From NCBI GenBank assembly GCA_024408095.1, contig JAKSVI010000001.1, positions 33,814-97,813 on the forward strand: 64,000 bases of DNA. Direction: 5' to 3'. Source of the stretch: Bacilli bacterium (GTDB lineage: Bacteria > Bacillota_I > Bacilli_A > RFN20 > CAG-826). Below are positions 41,661-50,680 of this stretch, piece after piece. Numbering within the stretch: position 1 is the first letter of the stretch; every line of letters starts with the position of its first letter. A program made the position numbers and the translations under genes. The notes beneath the pieces were generated by a model. That model did no database searches, had not been told where the DNA came from, and saw only the letters and a program-made list of their open reading frames with translations.

Positions 41661-42313
41661 GATTATCCAAAAGATTAGAGACAATATTCAATATGGTGCC
41701 TCCTGGTGTTGCTGCCGATGTCGGTGCAGATCATGGACATTTGATTATTGCTTTAATTGAAGAAAATAAAATCAGTCATGGAATTGCAATTGAAAACAAA
41801 AAAGGTCCATTCAATCGACTAAAAAAGTCAATTGAAGAACATTGTTTAACTAATGAAATAGATGTTATTTTAAGCGATGGAATCAAAGATATTAACAGCG
41901 AAGTTAACACTGTGATTTTGGCTGGAATGGGCGGAAATACGATAATAAATATATTAAAATCTGATATTTCAAAACTTAAATATATAGACACAATAATAGT
42001 TGATGCACACAGTTGTGTTCCAAAATTAAGGAAAGAAGTGTGCGAACTCGGCTATGCTATTGCTGATGAAAAGATTGTTTTTGAAGATAACATCTATTAC
42101 GAAATTATTAAATTCAAAAAGGCTGATAAAGCTGTGTATTCACCAATAGATATTGAATTTGGACCAATTTTAAGAAATGAAAAATCAACTTTATTTAAAG
42201 CAAAATATTCTTCTAGACTAGAAGAAATTGAAAATCTATTAAGAAAAGATCTGCCAAATAACAAAATTGAGGCTTTGAAAATAGAAGAATCAAATATTAG
42301 GGGTATATTATGA
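41657..42313 (+). CDS. trmK: tRNA (adenine22-N1)-methyltransferase TrmK (YqfN-like)
   Basis: 218 aa. SAM-MTase motif [10 protein letters not shown]. Conserved sigA-yqfN-yqfO order. Confidence 0.75.
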   Translation: MRLSKRLETIFNMVPPGVAADVGADHGHLIIALIEENKISHGIAIENKKGPFNRLKKSIEEHCLTNEIDVILSDGIKDINSEVNTVILAGMGGNTIINILKSDISKLKYIDTIIVDAHSCVPKLRKEVCELGYAIADEKIVFEDNIYYEIIKFKKADKAVYSPIDIEFGPILRNEKSTLFKAKYSSRLEEIENLLRKDLPNNKIEALKIEESNIRGIL

Positions 42314-43083
42314 TTGAGAGCAAAACTTTATTAAATAAATTAGCAAAAAAATTTCCAAAAAGAATTGCTAAATCATACCACGATTATGTAGGCTTAATGA
42401 CCGGAAAAGTTCCACAAAAAATCAACAAAATATTACTTTGCTTAGATTGTGACTGGGAATTATTACCTTACATAAAGGAAATTAAACCAGATATAATCAT
42501 TTCTCATCACCCGTTTATATATGGCACACGAGCAAAGGTATTCAAATTTGATTCAAGTAAAAAAGAGCTTTGCGAAACAATTGATAAAATGGGTATTCCA
42601 GTATATAGTTATCACACAAATTTTGATGCAGGAGATGGCGGAATGAACGATGCGCTTTCTAATGCATTAGGTTTATTAAACATTCGCAAACCTGAAAATG
42701 AAATGATGATGAGAATTGGTGAATTGCCAAACGAAATGGATGCTATTACATTTGCAAATTTTGCCAGAAAAACATTTAACGTGGACTATTCGTTATTAAT
42801 TAATAAGGGTAAAAAGCAAATAAAAACAGTTGGTATTATAGGCGGTGCAGGTAGCAGAGATTGGAGATTGGCCAAGAAAGAAGGATGCGATATCTATATT
42901 TCAGGCGACGCACCTCATTATGTAAGAAGAGATATTTCAAACGATAAATATAATTATTTAGATATGCCGCATGAAATAGAAAAAATTTTCATGCCAACGA
43001 TGAAAAAACTACTATTAAGTTATGATAAAAACTTGGACGTTGTAATTATTGATCACGAGCAATTGCCTAAAGTAATTCAATAA
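42310..43083 (+). CDS. Nif3-family dinuclear metal-centre protein (YqfO)
   Basis: 257 aa. NIF3 motifs IISHHP and YHTNFD. Confidence 0.8.
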   Translation: MIESKTLLNKLAKKFPKRIAKSYHDYVGLMTGKVPQKINKILLCLDCDWELLPYIKEIKPDIIISHHPFIYGTRAKVFKFDSSKKELCETIDKMGIPVYSYHTNFDAGDGGMNDALSNALGLLNIRKPENEMMMRIGELPNEMDAITFANFARKTFNVDYSLLINKGKKQIKTVGIIGGAGSRDWRLAKKEGCDIYISGDAPHYVRRDISNDKYNYLDMPHEIEKIFMPTMKKLLLSYDKNLDVVIIDHEQLPKVIQ

Positions 43084-43922
43084 TTTTTTAAATAAGTATA
43101 AATGCTGTCAATTATTTCTTTTGGAGTTGAAGCTCCAGAACATATGGCAGCTTTTTTTATGTTCTTAAGGTCGATCGATTTTAATTCGACAGCAGAAGAA
43201 GCCATGAATATCTTAGAATTTTTGTGCGATTCAGCAGCAATTTCATAAAGCCTATTAGTATTGCTGCTAATCGAATCGCCTACAATCACAATTAAATCGG
43301 TATCTTGAGAAATTTTTGTAACTTCTTCTTGTCTTAATCTAGTTGCAGCACAAATCTCATTATAAAAACGAGCATTTGGTTTTGCTTCTCTAATCATAGT
43401 GTGAATTTTTGTTAAATCATTTATATTTAAGGTCGTTTGATTAATAACAGCAGGTGAATCATCATTAATTAGTTCGAAATTACATCCTTGTTTAACATCA
43501 TAAATATATACACGCTTATCTTGAGACAATGCACTTTCTGTTTCAGGGTGGCTGGACATTCCGACATAAATAACATCATGATTTGAAGCAATTTCATCAT
43601 TTATTAATTTGATGTTTTGTTTAACTTTTGGACAAGTTGCATCATAAAATTTTATTTTTTTATTTACTAATAATTCTTCCAAAGCTTTTGTGTGGCCATG
43701 AGCAGTTAAAACAACTACATCCCCAACGTTAATATCATTAATTTGATTGATATAATCAATTCTTTTTTTCTTAAGATAATCAACAACAAAGTTATTATGA
43801 ACAAGCTTTCCAAATATAATAACCCTTGATTCAGGGTTGTCATTTTTCGCTTTTAATGCAATATTAATGGCATTTTTAACGCCAGAACAATATCCCAAAG
43901 GTTCAACTAAACTTACTTTCAT
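43077..43922 (-). CDS. ispH: 4-hydroxy-3-methylbut-2-enyl diphosphate reductase
   Basis: 281 aa. LytB family with three conserved Cys (GYCSGV, TCP, ICAAT). Confidence 0.9.
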   Translation of the reverse strand: MKVSLVEPLGYCSGVKNAINIALKAKNDNPESRVIIFGKLVHNNFVVDYLKKKRIDYINQINDINVGDVVVLTAHGHTKALEELLVNKKIKFYDATCPKVKQNIKLINDEIASNHDVIYVGMSSHPETESALSQDKRVYIYDVKQGCNFELINDDSPAVINQTTLNINDLTKIHTMIREAKPNARFYNEICAATRLRQEEVTKISQDTDLIVIVGDSISSNTNRLYEIAAESHKNSKIFMASSAVELKSIDLKNIKKAAICSGASTPKEIIDSIYTYLKNY

Positions 43923-43958
43923 AACTTTATTATGATACCATATTAACGGAGAAAGATT

Positions 43959-44840
43959 ATGGGAAAAATTTTATTAGGTAGTCACGTTAGTATGAATGGC
44001 CCTAAATTCTATTTAGGTAGTGTAGAAGAAGCTTTGAGTTATGGATCTACAACATTTATGTTTTACACTGGAGCTCCTCAAAATTCATTTAGAAAACCAA
44101 TTAATGAACTAAAAATTCAAGAAGGTAGGAAATTGCTAAAAGATGCTGGCATTGATGAAAATAAAATTATTGTACATGCGCCTTATATCGTTAATGGTGC
44201 AAATAAAACAAAACCAGAACTTTTCCAAATGTCTATAGATATAATTACGAACGAATTAAGAAGAACTGCAGCGTTTCATTGTAAAACATTAGTTCTTCAT
44301 CCTGGAGCACATGTAGGTCAAGGAAGCGAAGAAGGAATTAAAAATCTTGCCGAATGTCTTGATCGTGTTTTTGAAAACGATGGAACAGATGTTAAAATTG
44401 CATTAGAAACAATGTCAGGAAAAGGGTCTGAAATCGGAATCAATTTTAACGAAATCAAAAAAATTATAGATTTATGTAAGTATAAAAATAGATTGGGCGT
44501 TTGCTTAGATACATGCCATATTTCAGATGCTGGTTATGACATAACTGATTTTGATAATATACTTAATGAGTTTGATAAAATTATCGGATTGGATAAACTT
44601 TTAGTCATCCACTTAAATGATTCAAAAAATCCAAAAGGAGCTCATAAAGATAGACACGAAAATCTTGGATACGGGGAAATTGGATTTGAGATTTTACATA
44701 AAATCGCTGCAAATCCACGATTAATTGATGTTCCAAAAATTCTTGAGACACCTTATATAAATGAAAAACCACCTTATAAACAAGAAATTTCAATGTTACA
44801 AAGTGGTCAATATATCAATAATTGGAAAGAAAATTTTTAA
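43959..44840 (+). CDS. nfo: Endonuclease IV (AP endonuclease, TIM barrel)
   Basis: 293 aa. Motifs HAPYIVN, HPGAH and CLDTCH. Confidence 0.9.
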   Translation: MGKILLGSHVSMNGPKFYLGSVEEALSYGSTTFMFYTGAPQNSFRKPINELKIQEGRKLLKDAGIDENKIIVHAPYIVNGANKTKPELFQMSIDIITNELRRTAAFHCKTLVLHPGAHVGQGSEEGIKNLAECLDRVFENDGTDVKIALETMSGKGSEIGINFNEIKKIIDLCKYKNRLGVCLDTCHISDAGYDITDFDNILNEFDKIIGLDKLLVIHLNDSKNPKGAHKDRHENLGYGEIGFEILHKIAANPRLIDVPKILETPYINEKPPYKQEISMLQSGQYINNWKENF

Positions 44841-45889
44841 AATTTATCAATCTCGTTTTTTAATGTCTCAAAAGCTTCAACTTCTGGGACTTTTTTTATG
44901 ATTTTATCTTTTTTAAAAATAACATATTCATGTTTCCCACCAGCAATCCCTATATCAGCATTTTTTGCTTCGCCAGGACCATTAACAACGCAGCCCATTA
45001 CAGCAACATGAATATTTTTATTTATAGTTTCTAAATAATCCATAACTTTTCTGGCTAATTTTTCAACATCTACTTGTGTTCTTCCACAAGTTGGACAAGC
45101 AACTAGTGTAGGGTAATTTTCATATAAGCCACAATCATGCAATAAACGTTTACAAGCAATTATTTCATCTTTTGGATCTCCAGAAATTGAAATTCTTATT
45201 GTATCGCCAATACCTTCAAGCAATAGGGGTGAAAGGCCAGCAGCAGATCTGATAACAGAAATATCTTTGAATCCAGCCTCTGTAATACCTAAATGCAGTG
45301 GATACGGAAAAACCTTAGATGCCATTCTATATGCTTCAACGGTTTCTAAAACAGAAGACGCTTTCAAAGAAATAACAATATCAGTGAAACCATATTTTTC
45401 TAAAATAGCGACATGTTTTTGGGCAGATTGAACCAGTTTTTCTGCATTATACAACGACGAATAGTCATGAATGGTTTTATCTAAAGAACCTGAATTAACT
45501 CCAATTCTAATAGGAACATGTTTCTTTTTTGCAAGACTAACAACTTTTTTAACTGCTTCTTCATCTCCTATATTTCCAGGATTGATGCGAATTTTGTCTA
45601 CGCCATTTTCCATAGCAATTAACGCTAATCGATAATCGAAATGGATGTCTGCAACCAAAGGTATATATATACCTTTCTTAATTTCCTTTATAGCATTTGC
45701 ATCCGCTTCATCCATAACGCTCACACGCATTAAATCAGCTCCTAGAGCGGCGCATTCATTGATTTGATTTATAACTTCTTTATATCGCTCAGTTTTAATA
45801 TTGCACATTGACTGAATTAAAACACGATTTTGTCCGCCTAAAGCAATATTTCCAACTATAACTTGATGAGTTTCAGTTCTCTTGGTCAT
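44837..45889 (-). CDS. ispG: 4-hydroxy-3-methylbut-2-en-1-yl diphosphate synthase (flavodoxin)
   Basis: 350 aa. GcpE family, C-terminal Fe-S Cys (CPTCGRT, GCVVNG). Confidence 0.9.
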   Translation of the reverse strand: MTKRTETHQVIVGNIALGGQNRVLIQSMCNIKTERYKEVINQINECAALGADLMRVSVMDEADANAIKEIKKGIYIPLVADIHFDYRLALIAMENGVDKIRINPGNIGDEEAVKKVVSLAKKKHVPIRIGVNSGSLDKTIHDYSSLYNAEKLVQSAQKHVAILEKYGFTDIVISLKASSVLETVEAYRMASKVFPYPLHLGITEAGFKDISVIRSAAGLSPLLLEGIGDTIRISISGDPKDEIIACKRLLHDCGLYENYPTLVACPTCGRTQVDVEKLARKVMDYLETINKNIHVAVMGCVVNGPGEAKNADIGIAGGKHEYVIFKKDKIIKKVPEVEAFETLKNEIDKF

Positions 45890-45993
45890 AAATTGATTAT
45901 ATCATTACATGTAATGAAATCTACTGTAAAAATTATTTGAATATTTATTTATCTATGATAATATATTGAAAGCGTCTAAGGAGAATATAACTT

Positions 45994-46158
45994 ATGGCAA
46001 AAGATGATCGTGTATCTATAACATTAAAATGCACAGAATGTGGTGAAGAAAACTATCTCACTTCTAAAAATAAAAAGAAGAATCCTGATCGTTTAGAAAA
46101 ACAAAAATATTGTCCACGTTGTCAAAAAAAGACACTTCACCGTGAGAAAAAGAAATAG
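45994..46158 (+). CDS. rpmG: 50S ribosomal protein L33 (below the ORF-track size cut-off; found by reading the sequence)
   Basis: 54-aa [57 protein letters not shown]. The four-Cys zinc ribbon is typical of L33. GGAGA RBS 7 nt upstream. Confidence 0.85.
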   Translation: MAKDDRVSITLKCTECGEENYLTSKNKKKNPDRLEKQKYCPRCQKKTLHREKKK

Positions 46159-46181
46159 GTTATAAACCTATTTTTCTTTAT

Positions 46182-46820
46182 ATGAAAATTGAATGTTTTA
46201 ATTATAAAGGTATAGACGATTTATTTTCAAATACATATGTTGTATCTGATGATTTTTTAAATTGCATAGTCGTTGACCCGTCATGCGATTATGATGGGAT
46301 TATTAAATATATCGAAAAAAATAGCCTAAATTTACAGGGCATTTTATTAACTCATGGCCATTTTGACCATATTAGAGGGGTAACTCGATTAACTGAAAAA
46401 TTTAAAGTTAAGACATATATAACAAACAATGATAAGGAATTATTAACTGATCCAGAATTAAATTGCTCAAATTATGGTGCATATTTAAGACCTATTATTG
46501 TCAAAGCAAATGTTAATGTTGTTTTTGATAATGACCAATTAGATCTATTAAACGAGCCTATTCGTGTAATTTTTACCCCATATCATACATCTGGAAGCGT
46601 TTGTTACTATTTACAAACAAGTAAAATTTTATTATCTGGTGATACATTGTTTAAAAAAATGATTGGTCGAAGTGATTTGCCAACATCTCAGCCAAGTTTA
46701 AAGAGAGATTCATTAAACAAAATAATGGTTTTGCCAGATGATGTTAAGGTATATCCTGGACACGGTTCATCAACAACCATAGGCGCCGAAAGAATATCTA
46801 ATCCTTTTATTAATCGATGA
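46182..46820 (+). CDS. Metallo-beta-lactamase-fold hydrolase (glyoxalase II-like)
   Basis: 212 aa. THGHFDH motif plus downstream His/Asp ligands. Confidence 0.75.
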   Translation: MKIECFNYKGIDDLFSNTYVVSDDFLNCIVVDPSCDYDGIIKYIEKNSLNLQGILLTHGHFDHIRGVTRLTEKFKVKTYITNNDKELLTDPELNCSNYGAYLRPIIVKANVNVVFDNDQLDLLNEPIRVIFTPYHTSGSVCYYLQTSKILLSGDTLFKKMIGRSDLPTSQPSLKRDSLNKIMVLPDDVKVYPGHGSSTTIGAERISNPFINR

Positions 46821-46863
46821 TTGTTTGGTATAATACCAAAGAATCTTTGAGAAAGGAGAAGTT

Positions 46864-47421
46864 ATGATAAACGTAACAGAATTAAGACCTGGACACTATT
46901 TCCTAGAAGAAGGAAATATCTATCAAGTTTTAGATATAATGCTTAATAAAACTGCCATGCGTAAGATGGTTGCTAAATTAAAAGTTAAAAATTTAAGAAG
47001 TGGCGCTGTTATAGAAATGGCTAGAAATAGTGGCTATGCTATTGAAGAAATAAGATTAGATAAAAAATCTATGCAATATTTATACGATACAGGCGATTCA
47101 TTATGCTTTATGGATCAAAAAACATATGAACAAATTGAAATTTCTAAAGATAGACTAGAATGGGAGATTAAATTTTTAAAAGGTGATGAAATTGTTGAAA
47201 TCACATCTTATGATGGTGAAGTTTTAGGCATAAATCTACCTGCAAAAGTAGCTTTAAAGATAGTGAATTGCGAACAAGCGGTACGTGGAGACACTGTTAA
47301 TAGAGCTTTGAAAGGTGCTGAATTAGAGACGGGCCTTAAAGTAAAAGTTCCATTATTTATAAATGATGGAGATACAATATTAGTTAGTACGTTGACTGGC
47401 GAATATGACGGAAGAGCATAA
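46864..47421 (+). CDS. efp: Translation elongation factor P
   Basis: 185 aa. KOW-like N-terminus and the conserved loop around KVKNLRSGA. Confidence 0.9.
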   Translation: MINVTELRPGHYFLEEGNIYQVLDIMLNKTAMRKMVAKLKVKNLRSGAVIEMARNSGYAIEEIRLDKKSMQYLYDTGDSLCFMDQKTYEQIEISKDRLEWEIKFLKGDEIVEITSYDGEVLGINLPAKVALKIVNCEQAVRGDTVNRALKGAELETGLKVKVPLFINDGDTILVSTLTGEYDGRA

Positions 47422-47437
47422 AGGAGAGTAGAAAAGT

Positions 47438-47656
47438 ATGGTCACAGGATCTTGGATTGGTGTAGTTATCGCCGCCTTAATTGGCGGACTCATTATTGGA
47501 TTTTTTGTTTCGAGATTCATTTTCAAAAGACAAATCGAAAAGAATCCACCTATTAATGAAGACATGATTAGAGCGCTTTATAGAAGTGTTGGCAGAACAC
47601 CAAGCGAAGCTGATATTAGACGCACATTAAACGCTGTTAAATCAAAGCAAAAATAG
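47438..47656 (+). CDS. UPF0154 small membrane protein (YneF-like)
   Basis: 72 aa. N-terminal TM and conserved KNPPINE motif. Conserved yneF-plsY-parE-parC neighbourhood. Confidence 0.75.
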   Translation: MVTGSWIGVVIAALIGGLIIGFFVSRFIFKRQIEKNPPINEDMIRALYRSVGRTPSEADIRRTLNAVKSKQK

Positions 47657-47679
47657 TGGACTAAATTAGCTCAAAAATT

Positions 47680-47704
47680 AGCATCAAAATTGATGCTTTT
47701 TTTA
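47680..47704 (+). terminator. Rho-independent terminator after the efp/yneF unit
   Basis: AGCATCA-AAAT-TGATGCT followed by TTTTTTT. Confidence 0.7.
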
Positions 47705-47801
47705 TGTTTGCAAGAACAAAGAGAAAAAAATACGTATTTTTATTTTATTTCTGAAATTTTGTCAATGAAAAATAGTGATATAATCGAAATAAATTAAAAT
47801 A

Positions 47802-47845
47802 AAATCCCAATGTTGATAATTAATTCACACTGGGATTTTTCGACT
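47802..47845. terminator. Bidirectional hairpin terminator (serves minus-strand plsY; also has a T-run on the plus strand)
   Basis: AAAATCCCAATG...CACTGGGATTTTT. An imperfect 9-bp stem flanked by A-run and T-run. Confidence 0.5.
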
Positions 47846-47875
47846 AAATAACTACTAATTTTATACTAATTATTA

Positions 47876-48649
47876 TTATTTCATCCACTTAATTTTACGT
47901 TCATTTCCAGCCTTTAATCTATGGATATTTTCGTTATGTCTAATAATCATAATTATGGCCATTAAAGTAACAACAGTTGCATACATCCAATTTGGGTTTA
48001 ATGTTTGACCATACATTACAATCCAAGACCATTCAATCGGTATAACTTTAGTCAATAACAATATCGCCCATATCCAAGCTACTATTGAACCAACGATTCC
48101 AGTAAGAATGCTTGTTAAAGAAACATATTTTTTCCATTTAAGAAAAGCAAAATATGATAAACCAGGAATAAATCCAAGGCCCCAACTTGTTCCAACAGTT
48201 GTGCCCATAAAACAAGAAACACCTTTTCCACCTTTAAAATTTGTAAAAATTGGCCAACAATGTCCAACTAAACAGCCTAAGGCTGAAAGCCAATAAACAG
48301 GGTATTGAATAGCGTACCAACTACCAAGCAATTCATCACAACCAACAGTTGCAATTAAAGGATGATTAGCTGAATTAAGATAGGGGAAATTAATAAATGT
48401 TAATAAAGCCCAACATATCCAAACTGGAGCAAAAGTTTTGATCATATCGATAACAATGATACAAAAGCCAACCTTTTTTCCCCATAATCTGCCAGCATTA
48501 GTTCCTCCGGCATTATGAGAACCATAATCACGTGGATCCTGATGAAAAAACACCTTGCCTACGATAATGGATGTTTGGAAACTTCCAAAAAAGTAACCCA
48601 AAAGTAAACAAAAAATTGGAACAAATATATTATATAAAATAATATCCAT
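47876..48649 (-). CDS. plsY: Glycerol-3-phosphate acyltransferase PlsY (with an internal insertion)
   Basis: 257 aa. PlsY motifs GSHNAGGTNAGR, FKGGKGVS and IRHNENIHRLKAGNE. About 50 aa longer than typical PlsY. Confidence 0.85.
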   Translation of the reverse strand: MDIILYNIFVPIFCLLLGYFFGSFQTSIIVGKVFFHQDPRDYGSHNAGGTNAGRLWGKKVGFCIIVIDMIKTFAPVWICWALLTFINFPYLNSANHPLIATVGCDELLGSWYAIQYPVYWLSALGCLVGHCWPIFTNFKGGKGVSCFMGTTVGTSWGLGFIPGLSYFAFLKWKKYVSLTSILTGIVGSIVAWIWAILLLTKVIPIEWSWIVMYGQTLNPNWMYATVVTLMAIIMIIRHNENIHRLKAGNERKIKWMK

Positions 48650-48744
48650 TTTTTTACCCCCTCGATACGTTATTTATTCTACTAAATAACTTTATATTTT
48701 CAACACAATTTGTTTATAATTATACACGATTAGGAGGACATAGT

Positions 48745-50679
48745 ATGGGAGCTACCGCATATACAGCAAATGACATTCACATAATGCAAGGCCTTGAAGG
48801 CGTTAGAAAAAGACCAGCTATGTACATTGGCTCAACTGGTTCATCAGGCCTCCATCATTTAGTGTGGGAAGTTGTAGACAATAGTGTTGACGAAGCTCTT
48901 TCAGGTTACGGTTCAATTATAACAGTGACATTGCATAGAGATGGATCTTGCTCCGTTTTAGATGAGGGGCGTGGAATCCCAGTCGATATTAACAAAGAAT
49001 ATCAAAAATCTGGTGTTGAGATAGTTTTTAGTGAACTTCATGCTGGTGGAAAATTTAATGATTCAGTCTATAAAAGTGCAGCAGGATTGCATGGTGTCGG
49101 CGCAGCTGTAACTAATGCATTGTCAACCTATTGCGATGTTACTGTTTATCGTGATGGTGGAGCATATCATCTTCGTTTTGAAGATGGCGGACAATTAGTG
49201 ACTCCACTTGAAAATATCGGAAATTCAAAAAAACACGGCACTCTTGTCCGTTTTAAACCTGATAAAACAATATTCTCTACTGTTGATTTTAAATGGGACA
49301 CAATTTCAAACCATTTACAAGAAAGCGCCTTTTTGATGAAAGGTGTAAAATTCATTCTAATTGATGAGAGAAGTGGTGATTCCATCGAATATTACTATGA
49401 GAATGGATTAGTTGAATACGTAAATAATTTAAATGCTGATAAAGATCCATTGACACCGGTATTAAGCTTTTCGGATATTGATGAACAAAGCGGAATTTCC
49501 ATTGAGGTCGCACTTCAATATTGCAACAATGATTACAATGAAACGATGTGTTCTTACGTTAATAATGTAAGAACTAGAGATGGTGGAACACACGAAACAG
49601 GTTTTAGAACTGGGATTTCTAGAGCAGTAAATGATTTCGCAGAAAATCAAAATTTAGCTAAGGCGAAAAAGCTTGAAGGAACTGATATTCGCGAAGGTTT
49701 AACAACCATTTTATCTCTCAAAATTCCGGAAACTTTACTTGAATTCGAAGGACAAACAAAAGGCAAACTTGGCACTCCTGAAGCAGTTCAAGCAGTATCA
49801 AATTTTATATATAATAAGTTAACTTATTATTTGACTGAAAATAAAGAAATAGCTATAAATATCATAAAAAAATGTGTTGATAGCCAAAACGCAAGATTGG
49901 CAGCAAGAAAAGCAAAAGATGAAGCCAGAAGTGCAAAAAAAGTTAAAAATGATGTCATTCTATCAGATAAATTGACTCCAGCTCAAAGCAAAGAATATCT
50001 GAAAAATGAATTATTCATCGTAGAAGGTGATTCCGCAGGTGGTACAGCAAAAAAAGGTAGAGACAGAATTCACCAAGCTATATTACCACTTCGTGGTAAA
50101 CCATTAAACACAGATTCAATTGCTTTGGATAAACTGTTACACAATGAAGAAATAGCTACAATTATTAATACAATTGGCGCAGGATTTGGCCAATCATTCG
50201 ACATTGAAGATATTCATTATGGCAAAATAATTATTATGACCGATGCCGACACAGATGGCGCACACATTCAAACGCTTTTATTAACGTTCTTTTATCATTA
50301 TATGAGAACATTAATTACAACTGGTCACGTTTATATTGCCGTTCCTCCTTTATATAGAATATATAAAGAAGATGGAAAGAAAATGTTACAAGAATACGCC
50401 TGGGATGATGAAGGATTAGAGGAAGCTAAAAAGAAACTTGGCGGAAAAGTTAATGTTTCAAGATATAAAGGTTTGGGAGAAATGGATGCCAATCAATTAA
50501 AAGAGACAACCATGGATCCAAGAACACGTTTATTACTACAAGTTGATATAGCTGATCCTTTCTTAGTTGAGAAAAAAGTTAATATTTTAATGGGTAAAGA
50601 TGCTTCTATCAGAAGAAAATGGGTAGAAGAAAATGTTGATTTCGGTAAAATAGATACTTTCCAAAAGGAGGGCAAATAA
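48745..50679 (+). CDS. parE: DNA topoisomerase IV subunit B
   Basis: 644 aa. GHKL ATPase, TOPRIM (EGDSAGG) and PLRGK. Assigned ParE rather than GyrB from the plsY-parE-parC synteny. Confidence 0.8.
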   Translation: MGATAYTANDIHIMQGLEGVRKRPAMYIGSTGSSGLHHLVWEVVDNSVDEALSGYGSIITVTLHRDGSCSVLDEGRGIPVDINKEYQKSGVEIVFSELHAGGKFNDSVYKSAAGLHGVGAAVTNALSTYCDVTVYRDGGAYHLRFEDGGQLVTPLENIGNSKKHGTLVRFKPDKTIFSTVDFKWDTISNHLQESAFLMKGVKFILIDERSGDSIEYYYENGLVEYVNNLNADKDPLTPVLSFSDIDEQSGISIEVALQYCNNDYNETMCSYVNNVRTRDGGTHETGFRTGISRAVNDFAENQNLAKAKKLEGTDIREGLTTILSLKIPETLLEFEGQTKGKLGTPEAVQAVSNFIYNKLTYYLTENKEIAINIIKKCVDSQNARLAARKAKDEARSAKKVKNDVILSDKLTPAQSKEYLKNELFIVEGDSAGGTAKKGRDRIHQAILPLRGKPLNTDSIALDKLLHNEEIATIINTIGAGFGQSFDIEDIHYGKIIIMTDADTDGAHIQTLLLTFFYHYMRTLITTGHVYIAVPPLYRIYKEDGKKMLQEYAWDDEGLEEAKKKLGGKVNVSRYKGLGEMDANQLKETTMDPRTRLLLQVDIADPFLVEKKVNILMGKDASIRRKWVEENVDFGKIDTFQKEGK

Positions 50680-50680
50680 T

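Noticed and set aside
47759-47784. Promoter-like TTGTCA ... TGATATAAT upstream of the 47802-47845 hairpin, which could define a roughly 50-nt sRNA.
   Set aside because: The spacer between the hexamers is only 14 nt. The hairpin is better explained as the plsY/efp bidirectional terminator.
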